A stretch of DNA of 37,179 nucleotides. Origin: a virus (taxonomy: Duplodnaviria > Caudoviricetes). Of the stretch, positions 15,701-24,224 are shown piece by piece. How positions within the stretch are numbered: position 1 is the first letter of the stretch; each line of letters opens with the position of its first letter. The notes under the pieces are model-generated. The model saw nothing but the letters and a program-made list of their open reading frames with translations, had not been told where the DNA came from and did not search any database. The position numbers and the translations under genes are program-made. The stretch spans positions 1-37,179 of the IMG/VR virus record IMGVR_UViG_3300013014_000068. One strand, given 5' to 3'.

Positions 15701-17049
15701 AACAACTCTTTGATTGGGTTACCGGAAGGAGTAACGAACTCCACTTCCATAAACGGTGTCTCTTGTCTACGAACCGCAGTAGCAGGCGACGTAAACGGTT
15801 CCGCCATAGCACGCGTCACTTCTTTATACCCGTTCAAATAATCTTGCTCATGCGCTGGGAGAGACGACCGTTTAATCACAGGGTCCGACAAGTTGTTACC
15901 AACAGGTCGTTCCTCAGCGATAGCACTCAACTCAACGCGACGCTTAGCCCAATCTTCGGGTGTCCCATAATGCTGCTGAATCCACGCCTCGTTGTTATCA
16001 AACGCGTCATCGAACTTTGTGCTGACTTCACGCCACGCAGCATCAGGATTAAACCTGCCTAAAAACTGGCGATTTCGTGCAGCGTTCGGACCGACCTCAG
16101 TATCAAACACGCCACCGTAACGACTTAAATCGTTGTACACGGTACGTTGCGTCTGATTGACAACAGCAACAACGTCACGCAACTCGCCACCGATACGAGA
16201 CTGATACGCCTCACCGATCTTAGAGCCACGAATTTTAAATTTTGCTTCGTCAACAGCAGCCTGATATTTCTGACCAAACGGAGTGTTCTTTGCTAAATCG
16301 GCAGCAGAAACCATTTGGGTTTCACCCAACCGGTTAATACCCAACGCTTTCTGTGCGTCATACACATCGGTACGCATCTTCGGAAACGCCTGATCGTACA
16401 ACGACCGGTTGATTAGCGACCCGTCCGCTTCCAACATAGAAGCCGGAGCCTTAAACACTTTCGCTTTCGCAAACGGGGCAACATCCAACGCAGTAAACAA
16501 CGGATGTTTCAAAATTTCGTCGGCGTTACCAGACAACACATTCGTTGCCGTATACGCACCCGGAACAAGGTTCACAATAGGAACCTGCTGCAAGTTTTGT
16601 AGATTCCCCGACGACAACGCGTCATTCAACTTGTCAGGAATCGACGGAATGTCTTTGATTTGCTGAGCCAACAACAAAGGCAACTTAGGAATCGACGTAA
16701 ACACGTCACGCAAATCACTAATTGCGTTACCCGGAATATCTAACAGCCCAGTTTCACGTTCCTGAACAGGTTGAACAGTACGACCAAACTGTTCACCCGG
16801 TTTCGGAATAGCCGCCAACGCAGCATCAATCGTTTGCTTATCCGACATAGGTTGCTGCCCACGACTAACACGCTGAGCATCCAAATCCATCAACGAACGA
16901 GCAACCGTAGGATTAATGTCAGCCAACAACGGATAAACCGTTTCCGATTTACGTTGCAACGCACGCGCAGAACGCGGCTGATTTAGCAAGATAGGGTCGT
17001 TAGCCGTTGGCATCCGCCCATAAATTCGGGGATCGTCAATGAATGACAT
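12763..17049 (-). CDS. Large internal virion / DNA ejection protein (1428 aa)
   Basis: Size, helical composition, position last among internal proteins, and an FVFPFYGF motif typical of large podoviral ejection proteins. Confidence 0.7.
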   Translation of the reverse strand: MSFIDDPRIYGRMPTANDPILLNQPRSARALQRKSETVYPLLADINPTVARSLMDLDAQRVSRGQQPMSDKQTIDAALAAIPKPGEQFGRTVQPVQERETGLLDIPGNAISDLRDVFTSIPKLPLLLAQQIKDIPSIPDKLNDALSSGNLQNLQQVPIVNLVPGAYTATNVLSGNADEILKHPLFTALDVAPFAKAKVFKAPASMLEADGSLINRSLYDQAFPKMRTDVYDAQKALGINRLGETQMVSAADLAKNTPFGQKYQAAVDEAKFKIRGSKIGEAYQSRIGGELRDVVAVVNQTQRTVYNDLSRYGGVFDTEVGPNAARNRQFLGRFNPDAAWREVSTKFDDAFDNNEAWIQQHYGTPEDWAKRRVELSAIAEERPVGNNLSDPVIKRSSLPAHEQDYLNGYKEVTRAMAEPFTSPATAVRRQETPFMEVEFVTPSGNPIKELLPYNRGLEVMRARRAKLVTEEHLFINNVLNDPQFRATVTPQDLMQRSIDSPTLNSDFGRKAQLTVMEGYANAYLALGVDARPFLKRVKANRYKNQLPAPVITAASNFQAMLPNAPVLTVEEIRATLQPQKIGRSGKPYTPGIHPELYPLKALIDGNADLLAIRNAFVKVHPKIVGDMSVPSEFRSLNPAQVVESLQTLNLRKSWVKNARREGYDPTKLSYKSVVNAGKIVAKKERQAVPARMVPQMETLVRQGLRDEAEKLGTAITNGSPEAIDKMVELVGQGEYHHLDTLIDEAGASGSAAKMYTNLRDDVAGSWMELIDKGADPLFVHHVGVGKGGKAYYPRITLDASPPTAFKERTLDFRPSEGDLALALKHQGMEILVKRGEDHVIDVMFHGQKSDGINAIARSKSELQDLFRDRIDREYARAGKGIDRQTIADNFITKYYAKMDRSQYLNYKGQDMYPSGVKMRGSQRGSAAKASQEMYVPKNVARMLDDLSKPLKPNAVWDPVMGVFRTTTLLLSPRWQIYNVLGNGLLASLESGTGWMKHFPEAWKNAKLIREGSAPSVDVPWNVRASMGQNAAEQAMFMDISKEGLGSVRNAVADKLPAVADLAGRWGKPIGKGFDKITDFSVRLNAAVDDATRIAGYMSTLDKSVGAITPEISRFLSKDGLYQTASGATDTLAMRRVMAETSMRRWAYNWDMMSPWERSVARFVFPFYGFFSHMMRYAFRYGAEHPTRAALTAAFARSELQDWGTALPQRIHNLFIAGKEDEQGNRKAINFAGWNPFVDTANLFTLTGWMGQVNPMLSTLAEQFGVDPRTGEASLYPSAEFDEKTGRLVLKKRGLAQSLVENVIPQSQVVTNLLGVNPQFNELARTNRGAANRLVGSALGIPTLVRPVNVTQEITKTELARENAGRQALSEAVRQASTDPVRAYPALVEQVNTLLAQREQDPEQFAKFTPVNAAPSTFDLLTGSLQAWKE

Positions 17050-20000
17050 CAGCCACCCATACCGGTACCCTGCGCTGCGTTATACAAACCACTCAACGTT
17101 GTGTCCGTCAACGGCATTGTCTTGTTAGCGTTCTGTTCCAACTGGTATGCAGCCTTGTAATACGGTGCAACCTGAGCAGCCTGCCGCATTGTTTCCAAAC
17201 TGGACTGCACTTGCGCCCGAGTGTTCATCGCCTGCGCCCGCAACAAACCAGAATACGGACCGGCGTCACCTATAACGTTCTGATTCATAGCCAACGCCGC
17301 ATCCAAATACTGGTTTTGGCGGGCAGCAGAATCAGCAGCCTGCTGCTGAAAACCACGCTGCAAATCAAGAAGTTCTTTCACTGGGATACCCCGAGTACCA
17401 GAAGAAGACCTAGTCAAATTTTCTTGCGACAACTGCGACATGTAACTAGAAGCAGCCTGCTGTGCTTCTTCGGGCGACATGCCCTGCTCCACATAACTTC
17501 GATACATCGCTTTCGCATCTGCCAAATCGGAAGACGACACACCGAGTTTTGTACCCCGAGTCGCATTATAGATACGTTGCAACTTTGCTTCAGGAGTGAC
17601 CTTGTTATTAAACGCAGCGTTCTTAACGCCCATACCAACCGTTGCCGCAGTAGCAGCAGCAGCAAGACCAGCAGGAATTAGCGACAACCCGCCCGTAGCC
17701 GGAGCCAACGCCGCCAAACCAGCAGCCAACGGAACAGCCCAACTAGCAGTCGAACCGGCACCCTTAAGGAACTGACCAGTATCAACATCAGCCTGAAAAC
17801 CGCGAGTATCAACCTTGTCAGGAGTGTCCAAACGGCCACCAAGGAAATTAGCGGCAGCACCACCAATCATTCCAGCAGCACCAACAGGCGACATAAAAGC
17901 GCCCTTTAAGAACTTGCTACCAGTCCCATAAATACGACCGGCTTTAAGCGCAGCCAACGGACCAGTTGGTGCCACCGGAGCAGGAACAGCCGGAGTCGGA
18001 ATACTGGGCGTAGGAGGTGTAATAACACCCGGAGTAAGAGGGCTAACAGGAGTAACCGGAGTGACCGGACCCGGAACAGGAGTAGTAGGAATCGCCGGAG
18101 TTGGAACCGCAGCCGCAGGCAACGGGGTAGAACCCGGAGGTAAATATGTTCCACCAAAACCCGGACCGAGATTTGTAAGAGGTGGACGGGGACCCACAAC
18201 CATGCCCGGTTCAACCATCGGTGTTTGAATTGGAAAAGTTCCCGCACCCGTAAGAGGTATCGGAGTCGCAGAAGCAACAGGAGCAACAGTCGGAGTAACC
18301 GGAGCAACAGGGGTAACAACCGGCACATCCGGGACAACAGTCGGAGCAACAGTTTCGATCGGACCTAACGGACCGCCCGGAACAGGTGTCTCAAACGCAG
18401 CCGCAACCGGGTTAGGGGCCACAGGTTGCACCGGTTCTATCGCACCCAACTTTGGTGCGAACGGGGTACCTATCGCACTAGGAATGTTATTCAACACGTT
18501 AGGTGGATAAACCGCTGCGATTGATTTTGCGTCACGGACAAGAGTTTCACCAGTTTCAACTAACTGGCCTAACTCGTTGGCTTCCATGATACGAATGCGG
18601 CCCTTGCCACCAGCAACTTCTTCAAGGATACCGAACTTGCCGATGTTGCCCGGAGTGCCACCGGTAACCTGCACCATTTCACCAATATCAACGGTACCCA
18701 TGGCTTTCGCAGACGCCATTGTAGGACGCCGATACGAACTACCACTCGGTCGGATAACTTCACCCTGTGCTAGTTGTTCAGCAATCGGATCAGGTAGCGG
18801 AGAAGAAGACGGATATTCAGGCATGATGTTCTCAATCTGTTGAACATTGGGAGGTGTGATGCGGGGAACTTCACTTGGATTGTCAATAAGAGGATTCCCT
18901 GCAACTTTTCCAAGACCACCAAAATCTGCTGGGTCAGCAACGTTGCCAACTTCTATTATTCCACCGCTCTTTCCACCCTTTCGGGTAGGAACAACAGTTT
19001 TAGGTAGTTTTGTTGCGAACAGTTCGTCAAGATCAGAAGGTTTTATTAAACCTGTTTCCGGGTCCAACAAGTCACGCATAATGCGCTGCTGTTGCGATGC
19101 AGAAAATTGTTTCAGCCAAGGATTAGAGCGACGGAACGTTTGAACGTTTCGTATGCGACTTTCCATTTGCGCTTGGTCTGCTGCTGACATCGTTGGAATG
19201 TCACGAACTGGGATAGATCGCGGATCGCGTGGCGTGGTAACTACCTGCTTGTCAAACAAGTCAAGCAGTCGCGGTCCTTCGGGAAGGCTGTCACCGGGAA
19301 GGATGTCTTCGGGACCAAGATTGCCAAGCCGTCCCCGTTTCATTTCAATGTCTTGGAACACTTCGGGGCTGTTACGCATCTCCGGGTCGGGACGCATATC
19401 GTCGGGTGTGGTCCAACCCTCTACTGAACGCAACTCGCCTCGCGTTAAAGCGTCCTGACGGCGAGCGTAATCAGTGAGTTCAATGTTTCGTTGACGCTCA
19501 TTGATTAGACCGTCATCAAAATCTGCGTAGATTTGTTCAACAGTTTTTGGTGGCCGATTAATTGGGTCGGTTGGCCCACCAACCCGTTCCGCTGTCCGGT
19601 CTACAAGCGCACGATCTTCTGGCGAAGTGATTTTCGATTCGAAATCTGCACGGAAATCTTCGGGAGAGCCATATTTTTGGGTTTGTGGATCGTCGCTACC
19701 TATCCGGCGACCCGTGTAACTATCACCTTCAAAATCGCCTGTACCCATTATTTGAGGCTCAATACCTAGCCGTCGCATACGTTCCTGAGCGGGAGTAAGC
19801 GCATCAGGTTCAACAGGACCTAACGGCCCATTAGGTTCAATCGGACCTTGCGGCCCTCCCTGTGGCCTATTAAGTATCCGATCCGTTTTTGTGCGCTGCT
19901 GCAAATCGTATTGGGTGTCGTAGTCGGGAGTTAAATCCTCAACCCGTTGCAACGCTTCAGCGCGTTGCTTCCCAGTTAAATCACCGGCATCAATTTCTTT

Positions 20001-20318
20001 TTGAACAGCGTCAGCAGCAAACGATTTAGCAACGTTAAGGTCCCTACGTTGCGACCTGACCCATTCTTTACCTCGGGTAGAAAACTTGACTTCTAACCCG
20101 TAAGGAATGTCGTCACCGGCTTGGAGTGCTTCAGCAATAACTTTTACCGAACCATGACCCTTATAAAAAAACTCTGGATTTGATTCGAATAAGGCGGCAA
20201 GAATTTTTTTGTCAGATGGCTGCGAAACCATAAGTTGAAGTTTTGAACTGTCCGCAAACCGTTTAACAAAATCAAGAAGTGTGCCCTGCGGAAAATCCGT
20301 GTATCCGATACCAGCCAT
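17049..20318 (-). CDS. Internal virion protein with Pro/Val/Thr-rich linker and hydrophobic Gly/Ala helices (1089 aa)
   Basis: Long ORF with low-complexity PVTP tracts and GLAALAPATGGLSLIPAGLAAAA; located in the ejection module. Confidence 0.65.
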   Translation of the reverse strand: MAGIGYTDFPQGTLLDFVKRFADSSKLQLMVSQPSDKKILAALFESNPEFFYKGHGSVKVIAEALQAGDDIPYGLEVKFSTRGKEWVRSQRRDLNVAKSFAADAVQKEIDAGDLTGKQRAEALQRVEDLTPDYDTQYDLQQRTKTDRILNRPQGGPQGPIEPNGPLGPVEPDALTPAQERMRRLGIEPQIMGTGDFEGDSYTGRRIGSDDPQTQKYGSPEDFRADFESKITSPEDRALVDRTAERVGGPTDPINRPPKTVEQIYADFDDGLINERQRNIELTDYARRQDALTRGELRSVEGWTTPDDMRPDPEMRNSPEVFQDIEMKRGRLGNLGPEDILPGDSLPEGPRLLDLFDKQVVTTPRDPRSIPVRDIPTMSAADQAQMESRIRNVQTFRRSNPWLKQFSASQQQRIMRDLLDPETGLIKPSDLDELFATKLPKTVVPTRKGGKSGGIIEVGNVADPADFGGLGKVAGNPLIDNPSEVPRITPPNVQQIENIMPEYPSSSPLPDPIAEQLAQGEVIRPSGSSYRRPTMASAKAMGTVDIGEMVQVTGGTPGNIGKFGILEEVAGGKGRIRIMEANELGQLVETGETLVRDAKSIAAVYPPNVLNNIPSAIGTPFAPKLGAIEPVQPVAPNPVAAAFETPVPGGPLGPIETVAPTVVPDVPVVTPVAPVTPTVAPVASATPIPLTGAGTFPIQTPMVEPGMVVGPRPPLTNLGPGFGGTYLPPGSTPLPAAAVPTPAIPTTPVPGPVTPVTPVSPLTPGVITPPTPSIPTPAVPAPVAPTGPLAALKAGRIYGTGSKFLKGAFMSPVGAAGMIGGAAANFLGGRLDTPDKVDTRGFQADVDTGQFLKGAGSTASWAVPLAAGLAALAPATGGLSLIPAGLAAAATAATVGMGVKNAAFNNKVTPEAKLQRIYNATRGTKLGVSSSDLADAKAMYRSYVEQGMSPEEAQQAASSYMSQLSQENLTRSSSGTRGIPVKELLDLQRGFQQQAADSAARQNQYLDAALAMNQNVIGDAGPYSGLLRAQAMNTRAQVQSSLETMRQAAQVAPYYKAAYQLEQNANKTMPLTDTTLSGLYNAAQGTGMGG

Positions 20319-20324
20319 TTGAAG

Positions 20325-20330
20325 ATTCTA
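20325..20330 (-). promoter_or_regulatory. Putative leaderless-mRNA -10 box TAGAAT, 6 nt before ATG 20318
   Basis: TAGAAT-cttcaa-ATG; the TAG is the stop of 20328-21689. Confidence 0.55.
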
Positions 20331-21689
20331 TCCTCGTCCTTGACGCCCAATAGCGTTACCTGCGTTATACCCTCCACGGCGACGACCGGCATTGCGACGG
20401 TTGTTGCTGGCACGATCTGCTGCTTGTTGCCTGCGACGTTGCCGTTCTTCCCACGCGTTGATTGCGTCGGTACGTCGATCAATTTCATCTTGACGATATT
20501 GGCCGTAGTTATCGACGGCATACTGGTTACGTTGCGAAGTTGCTTCGTCGCCGGCAATTTGATTGTCAGTAAAGTCGTACAGGAAATTGTTGTTTGCTTG
20601 GGATTGTTGCGCAGAGTTTGAATAGCCTCGCTGTTGCGACGTATACAACGAATCGGCAGCAGACGCCATGTTTTCTCTGTGCGTGTTATCCAAATCGTTT
20701 CGATCTGTACGCAGTTGGTTACCTTGAAGGTCGTACATGCGCATCTGGTCGGTTACACCAGCACGACGTTCATTCAAACCGCGTCCCTGTTGCGCCAAAT
20801 CGCGTACCTGTCCACCAATTTGACGAATGTTTGCGTCCAAACCACGGTTCTGGCGTGCGTTACCGCGTACCTGTGAACCAAGATCACGAATATTTGCCCC
20901 GTATTGGCGTTCGTTTGCCCCGTATTGGCGGGTGTTTGCAGCAAGGTCCAACCCGAGTTGCTGCCTTGCACCTTGCGCCTGTGCCGCAGTCATAGATGAC
21001 ACGTTCTGGTTTGCCATCACATCACTAAACGCAGCAATTTGCGCATCCCGATTACCACGATTTAACGAAACAATATTTGCGGCGTTTTGTGCGCGTTGAT
21101 CTCTACGAGTTGCATCTAAATCGCGGCGTGTTCCCATTAGGTCACGCTGGTCATACATCAAGTCGCCGCGTGCAGCATCAACGTCGCGTCGATCTGCTTG
21201 CAAATCAACACCGGCACGCCGCAAATCTGCGCGGTCGGCGTCAATCAACCCGTATTGGCGTCTTGTTGCATTACGGTTGACACCAAGTTGGCTGACACGG
21301 TTACCGATCGTAGATACAGCATTGTTGTATCCGTTAGTGATATAGCCCGCTTGTCTACCCGCAGCAGACGTATTCCGATCCAAAATGCTTTGATTGATAC
21401 CGTATTGGATGTTGTCGGCAGCGTTGTTACCACTCAACCTGTTGACGTTATTTAACGCCCGGTTCTGATCGCCTGCATACAAAACACCTGCGGCAGCGTC
21501 AGCGTTGTCTTGTGCTGCTTGCACGGTTCCTGCCCTACGAGGGCGAGGATCGTTAGCAGGAACCGGGACACGGGGAGTTGTTGGGCGGCGAGCAGTACCG
21601 TTCGGGTTAGTTGTTCTTGTTCCACCACCCGGTCGGGATGGTGGACGATTCGGTGGAACGTAACCGGGTCCCGCTGCCGCTATAGTCAT
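20328..21689 (-). CDS. Coiled-coil internal virion (pilot/ejection-like) protein
   Basis: Q/N/R/A-rich heptad repeats (RQYGANERQYGANIRDLG); AAGGA RBS. Confidence 0.65.
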   Translation of the reverse strand: MTIAAAGPGYVPPNRPPSRPGGGTRTTNPNGTARRPTTPRVPVPANDPRPRRAGTVQAAQDNADAAAGVLYAGDQNRALNNVNRLSGNNAADNIQYGINQSILDRNTSAAGRQAGYITNGYNNAVSTIGNRVSQLGVNRNATRRQYGLIDADRADLRRAGVDLQADRRDVDAARGDLMYDQRDLMGTRRDLDATRRDQRAQNAANIVSLNRGNRDAQIAAFSDVMANQNVSSMTAAQAQGARQQLGLDLAANTRQYGANERQYGANIRDLGSQVRGNARQNRGLDANIRQIGGQVRDLAQQGRGLNERRAGVTDQMRMYDLQGNQLRTDRNDLDNTHRENMASAADSLYTSQQRGYSNSAQQSQANNNFLYDFTDNQIAGDEATSQRNQYAVDNYGQYRQDEIDRRTDAINAWEERQRRRQQAADRASNNRRNAGRRRGGYNAGNAIGRQGRG

Positions 21690-21692
21690 CAG

Positions 21693-21929
21693 TTATCCTT
21701 TGAACGTTCTACCAAAACCGGGGACACGCGAATACTGGCCGACAGGTCCCATCGTTTTACCCGTATAGTTTTGCCAACCCGTAATTGTGGGTTTCACGTT
21801 GGGTGTAGTTGTCACCCCGGCTCTAGCACCCGTAACAGGTTTCTTTGCTAGACGCTCACCGAAAGACGGCCCCATCGTTTGGGGCCGTCCCATAACGGTG
21901 CGACGGTTAGGGTGCTGAAAAACTGGCAT
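21693..21929 (-). CDS. Small basic hypothetical virion protein
   Basis: TAATG coupling; fills the gap between flanking genes. Confidence 0.65.
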   Translation of the reverse strand: MPVFQHPNRRTVMGRPQTMGPSFGERLAKKPVTGARAGVTTTPNVKPTITGWQNYTGKTMGPVGQYSRVPGFGRTFKG

Positions 21930-22714
21930 TAGTCCTGCTGGCCCGGAAAGGCGTAACGGTTACGGAACGCCGGGTTGCGATAACGCGGTTTTTCTTCAGG
22001 GATCATGTTGCGCATGATGCGACGCCCAAACTCGGGATTGGTAGATGTGGCAGGTGTTCGCTCAGGCGGGTTCATGTCGTATGGGCTACGGCCACGCTCA
22101 GCATCAATGCGCTGCTGGTTGTACGCGTATTCTTCTTCGGCTTGACGTTCTGCTTCGGTGAGGAACTGGCCGCGTTGCAACGTGTCAGCCTCAGAAAGAC
22201 CGACAGGACCGCGATCTTGTTCAAAGATACGGTTCATTCGGTCTTCGAATTCGGCGTCACTTACCGCTTGCGCCGAATTGAGGAACCGTTCCCGGTCACC
22301 CATCGCAACCGGATCAGGGTTGTTTCTGTATACCGTTTCGTCGTCCATCATTTTGGATCGAACCGGTGTAGGCCGAACAGGATTATTCCTGTATACCGTT
22401 TCGTCGTCCATCATTTTGGATCGGACTGGGCTGCGTGGCCCCTCACGATACGGCTGCGGGCCACGATCGTTACGGGTGGTTTCGCCGGGGACACGGGCTT
22501 CGCGACGCGGTTCGGGATCAATGCTGCGATTCATGCCACGGGTAGCGTCACGGCGAGCAGCGTTCATTCTTTGGCCTTGACTACCGGGCTTTGGTGCCCC
22601 ACTGCTATACAACGAAGCAGACGGAGCCAAACCAACCTTGGGTTTCCGCTTGTTGTAGTCCCCTAGTTTGCCTTTGGGGTTGTTTGTATCTTTGGGAATT
22701 CTGTTCATTGGCAT
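21929..22714 (-). CDS. Low-complexity charged hypothetical virion protein with internal duplication
   Basis: GGAGGA RBS and TAATG overlap at 22714; PVRSKMMDDETVYRNNP x2. Confidence 0.7.
   Translation of the reverse strand: MPMNRIPKDTNNPKGKLGDYNKRKPKVGLAPSASLYSSGAPKPGSQGQRMNAARRDATRGMNRSIDPEPRREARVPGETTRNDRGPQPYREGPRSPVRSKMMDDETVYRNNPVRPTPVRSKMMDDETVYRNNPDPVAMGDRERFLNSAQAVSDAEFEDRMNRIFEQDRGPVGLSEADTLQRGQFLTEAERQAEEEYAYNQQRIDAERGRSPYDMNPPERTPATSTNPEFGRRIMRNMIPEEKPRYRNPAFRNRYAFPGQQD
22317..22429. repeat. 63-bp-period tandem duplication (35-bp identical core)
   Basis: ctgtataccgtttcgtcgtccatcattttggatcg at 22326 and 22389. Confidence 0.92.
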
Positions 22715-23400
22715 TAGTAATATCCTCCGTCGTCCCACACCCATGACGCCAAATTGGGTACTTCTGGTGTGATTACAGTGTTTTGGTCGGTGTATCTCCG
22801 GGTGGTTTCCACAATGGCAGCAAGGTTGTCTTTGTAGATTTCAAACGCGTCTTTCCATCGTGGATCGGCGTCTTTGCGTAGAGCCTTGTATTCGGCGTAG
22901 TCAGCGATGGTGTCTTCCCACCCGCCCGGTATTTGAACTGTTGTCCCGTCAGAAGTGACGTTGGGGGGAAGTTTCCAATACCAAAGTTTGAGTGTGCCTG
23001 CTTGTGACGGTGTGGGATAGAGCACACAAGTCAATGCTGGCGGATAGCCAGTCAACGTGTAATACGACGGTTTGCTACGCGTAATGGTTTGTTGATCCCA
23101 CCACACGGCGTCAAGGTTGTTGAAATCCCGGTACTCCAACGAACGAACCGTTGATTCGCCTGTCGTTTTCCATTCGACACGGTTGATACGAAGAATGTCG
23201 GACAGCGTTGCGAGAGACACCGATTGGACGTTGGCTGACACGTTGATTGTGCCGTTTGCGTGGAGACATTCGGAACGTCTCGCTACGTCACGGGCACCTT
23301 CGTTGATCCAACGGTTGAGTTGAATGTTTGTCCAACGACGCGGCGTGTCTTCGTCCAGTCTGTCGCGTACAAGTGTGCGAATGTCGGACAGGGTTGCCAT
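22714..23400 (-). CDS. Head-to-tail adaptor / tail tubular protein A-like
   Basis: TLSDIRTLVRDRLDE...W....LNRWINEGARD, LYPTP, IADYAEYKALRKD. Confidence 0.8.
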   Translation of the reverse strand: MATLSDIRTLVRDRLDEDTPRRWTNIQLNRWINEGARDVARRSECLHANGTINVSANVQSVSLATLSDILRINRVEWKTTGESTVRSLEYRDFNNLDAVWWDQQTITRSKPSYYTLTGYPPALTCVLYPTPSQAGTLKLWYWKLPPNVTSDGTTVQIPGGWEDTIADYAEYKALRKDADPRWKDAFEIYKDNLAAIVETTRRYTDQNTVITPEVPNLASWVWDDGGYY

Positions 23401-23406
23401 GGGTAC

Positions 23407-23412
23407 AGGATA
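23407..23412 (-). promoter_or_regulatory. Putative leaderless -10 box TATCCT, 6 nt before ATG 23400
   Basis: TATCCT-gtaccc-ATG; no SD sequence. Confidence 0.55.
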
Positions 23413-23417
23413 GCCGG

Positions 23418-24224
23418 TCAGTAAGTCGTTATGGAGAACTGGTTGATCGACGAATTGGGATGGATTCTTGTTGCAACTGCTCCATTGCTAAAACCGAATG
23501 CTTGGGCAAACATCGTGCCGTTTTCTTCGTTTCCAAGAAGCGCATCATTGAAACTGAAACTTCCTTCCTCCCCACCAATGCCATAAAAACTACTAGAACT
23601 GATATAAGCGTTTGGTATGGAAGAAAGCACCCAAATCCCAAATTCGTAAGTTGAGTTTTGTTCAATAACAAGAGACTGATGACAATTTATTTCCAACACA
23701 CCATCGCGGTCAGTAGTTTCATAAGCCCCGTATTGACCAGAAAATCCACCTGCATACGTCAAACCTTTTGATGGACCGGCAACACACAATCCAACAATGG
23801 TGGCTTCCGAACCCAAAGGTACTGTTTCTTCTGGCTCAGGCCATGCAAGAAGTAACGTGTAAGAGAATGTGATTGGAAGATCACGGTCAGATGGTGCGCT
23901 AACAGAAAACCTGTCGTATTCAGTTTCAGAATCTTTAGCAAGAAGGGGAATGGGGACACCTGCCCCACTGTTTGAACTTTCTGTCCCTTGGTCATAGATC
24001 GCTTTGTTCCATCTAAGGAACAAAGTTTTTTCTTCCAAGCCAATATTGAAACCCGGAAATGGATAATTTCCTTGTTGCAGCAGTGTGAGGGTTCTCGGGT
24101 ACGGAATTTTGGCTACTTCGTTGACGGCTCGTACAACGGGAGTGGCGTTCAATAATTCTTGACCGTCGAATTGTCGTTTCCCTACAAGGGACGACGGGTT
24201 GGATTGGTCGGGTAGCGTCCCCAT
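23418..24224 (-). CDS. Putative tail accessory / receptor-binding protein
   Basis: TGATG-coupled to the nozzle gene; beta-rich; interior visibly more AT-rich than neighbours. Confidence 0.55.
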   Translation of the reverse strand: MGTLPDQSNPSSLVGKRQFDGQELLNATPVVRAVNEVAKIPYPRTLTLLQQGNYPFPGFNIGLEEKTLFLRWNKAIYDQGTESSNSGAGVPIPLLAKDSETEYDRFSVSAPSDRDLPITFSYTLLLAWPEPEETVPLGSEATIVGLCVAGPSKGLTYAGGFSGQYGAYETTDRDGVLEINCHQSLVIEQNSTYEFGIWVLSSIPNAYISSSSFYGIGGEEGSFSFNDALLGNEENGTMFAQAFGFSNGAVATRIHPNSSINQFSITTY

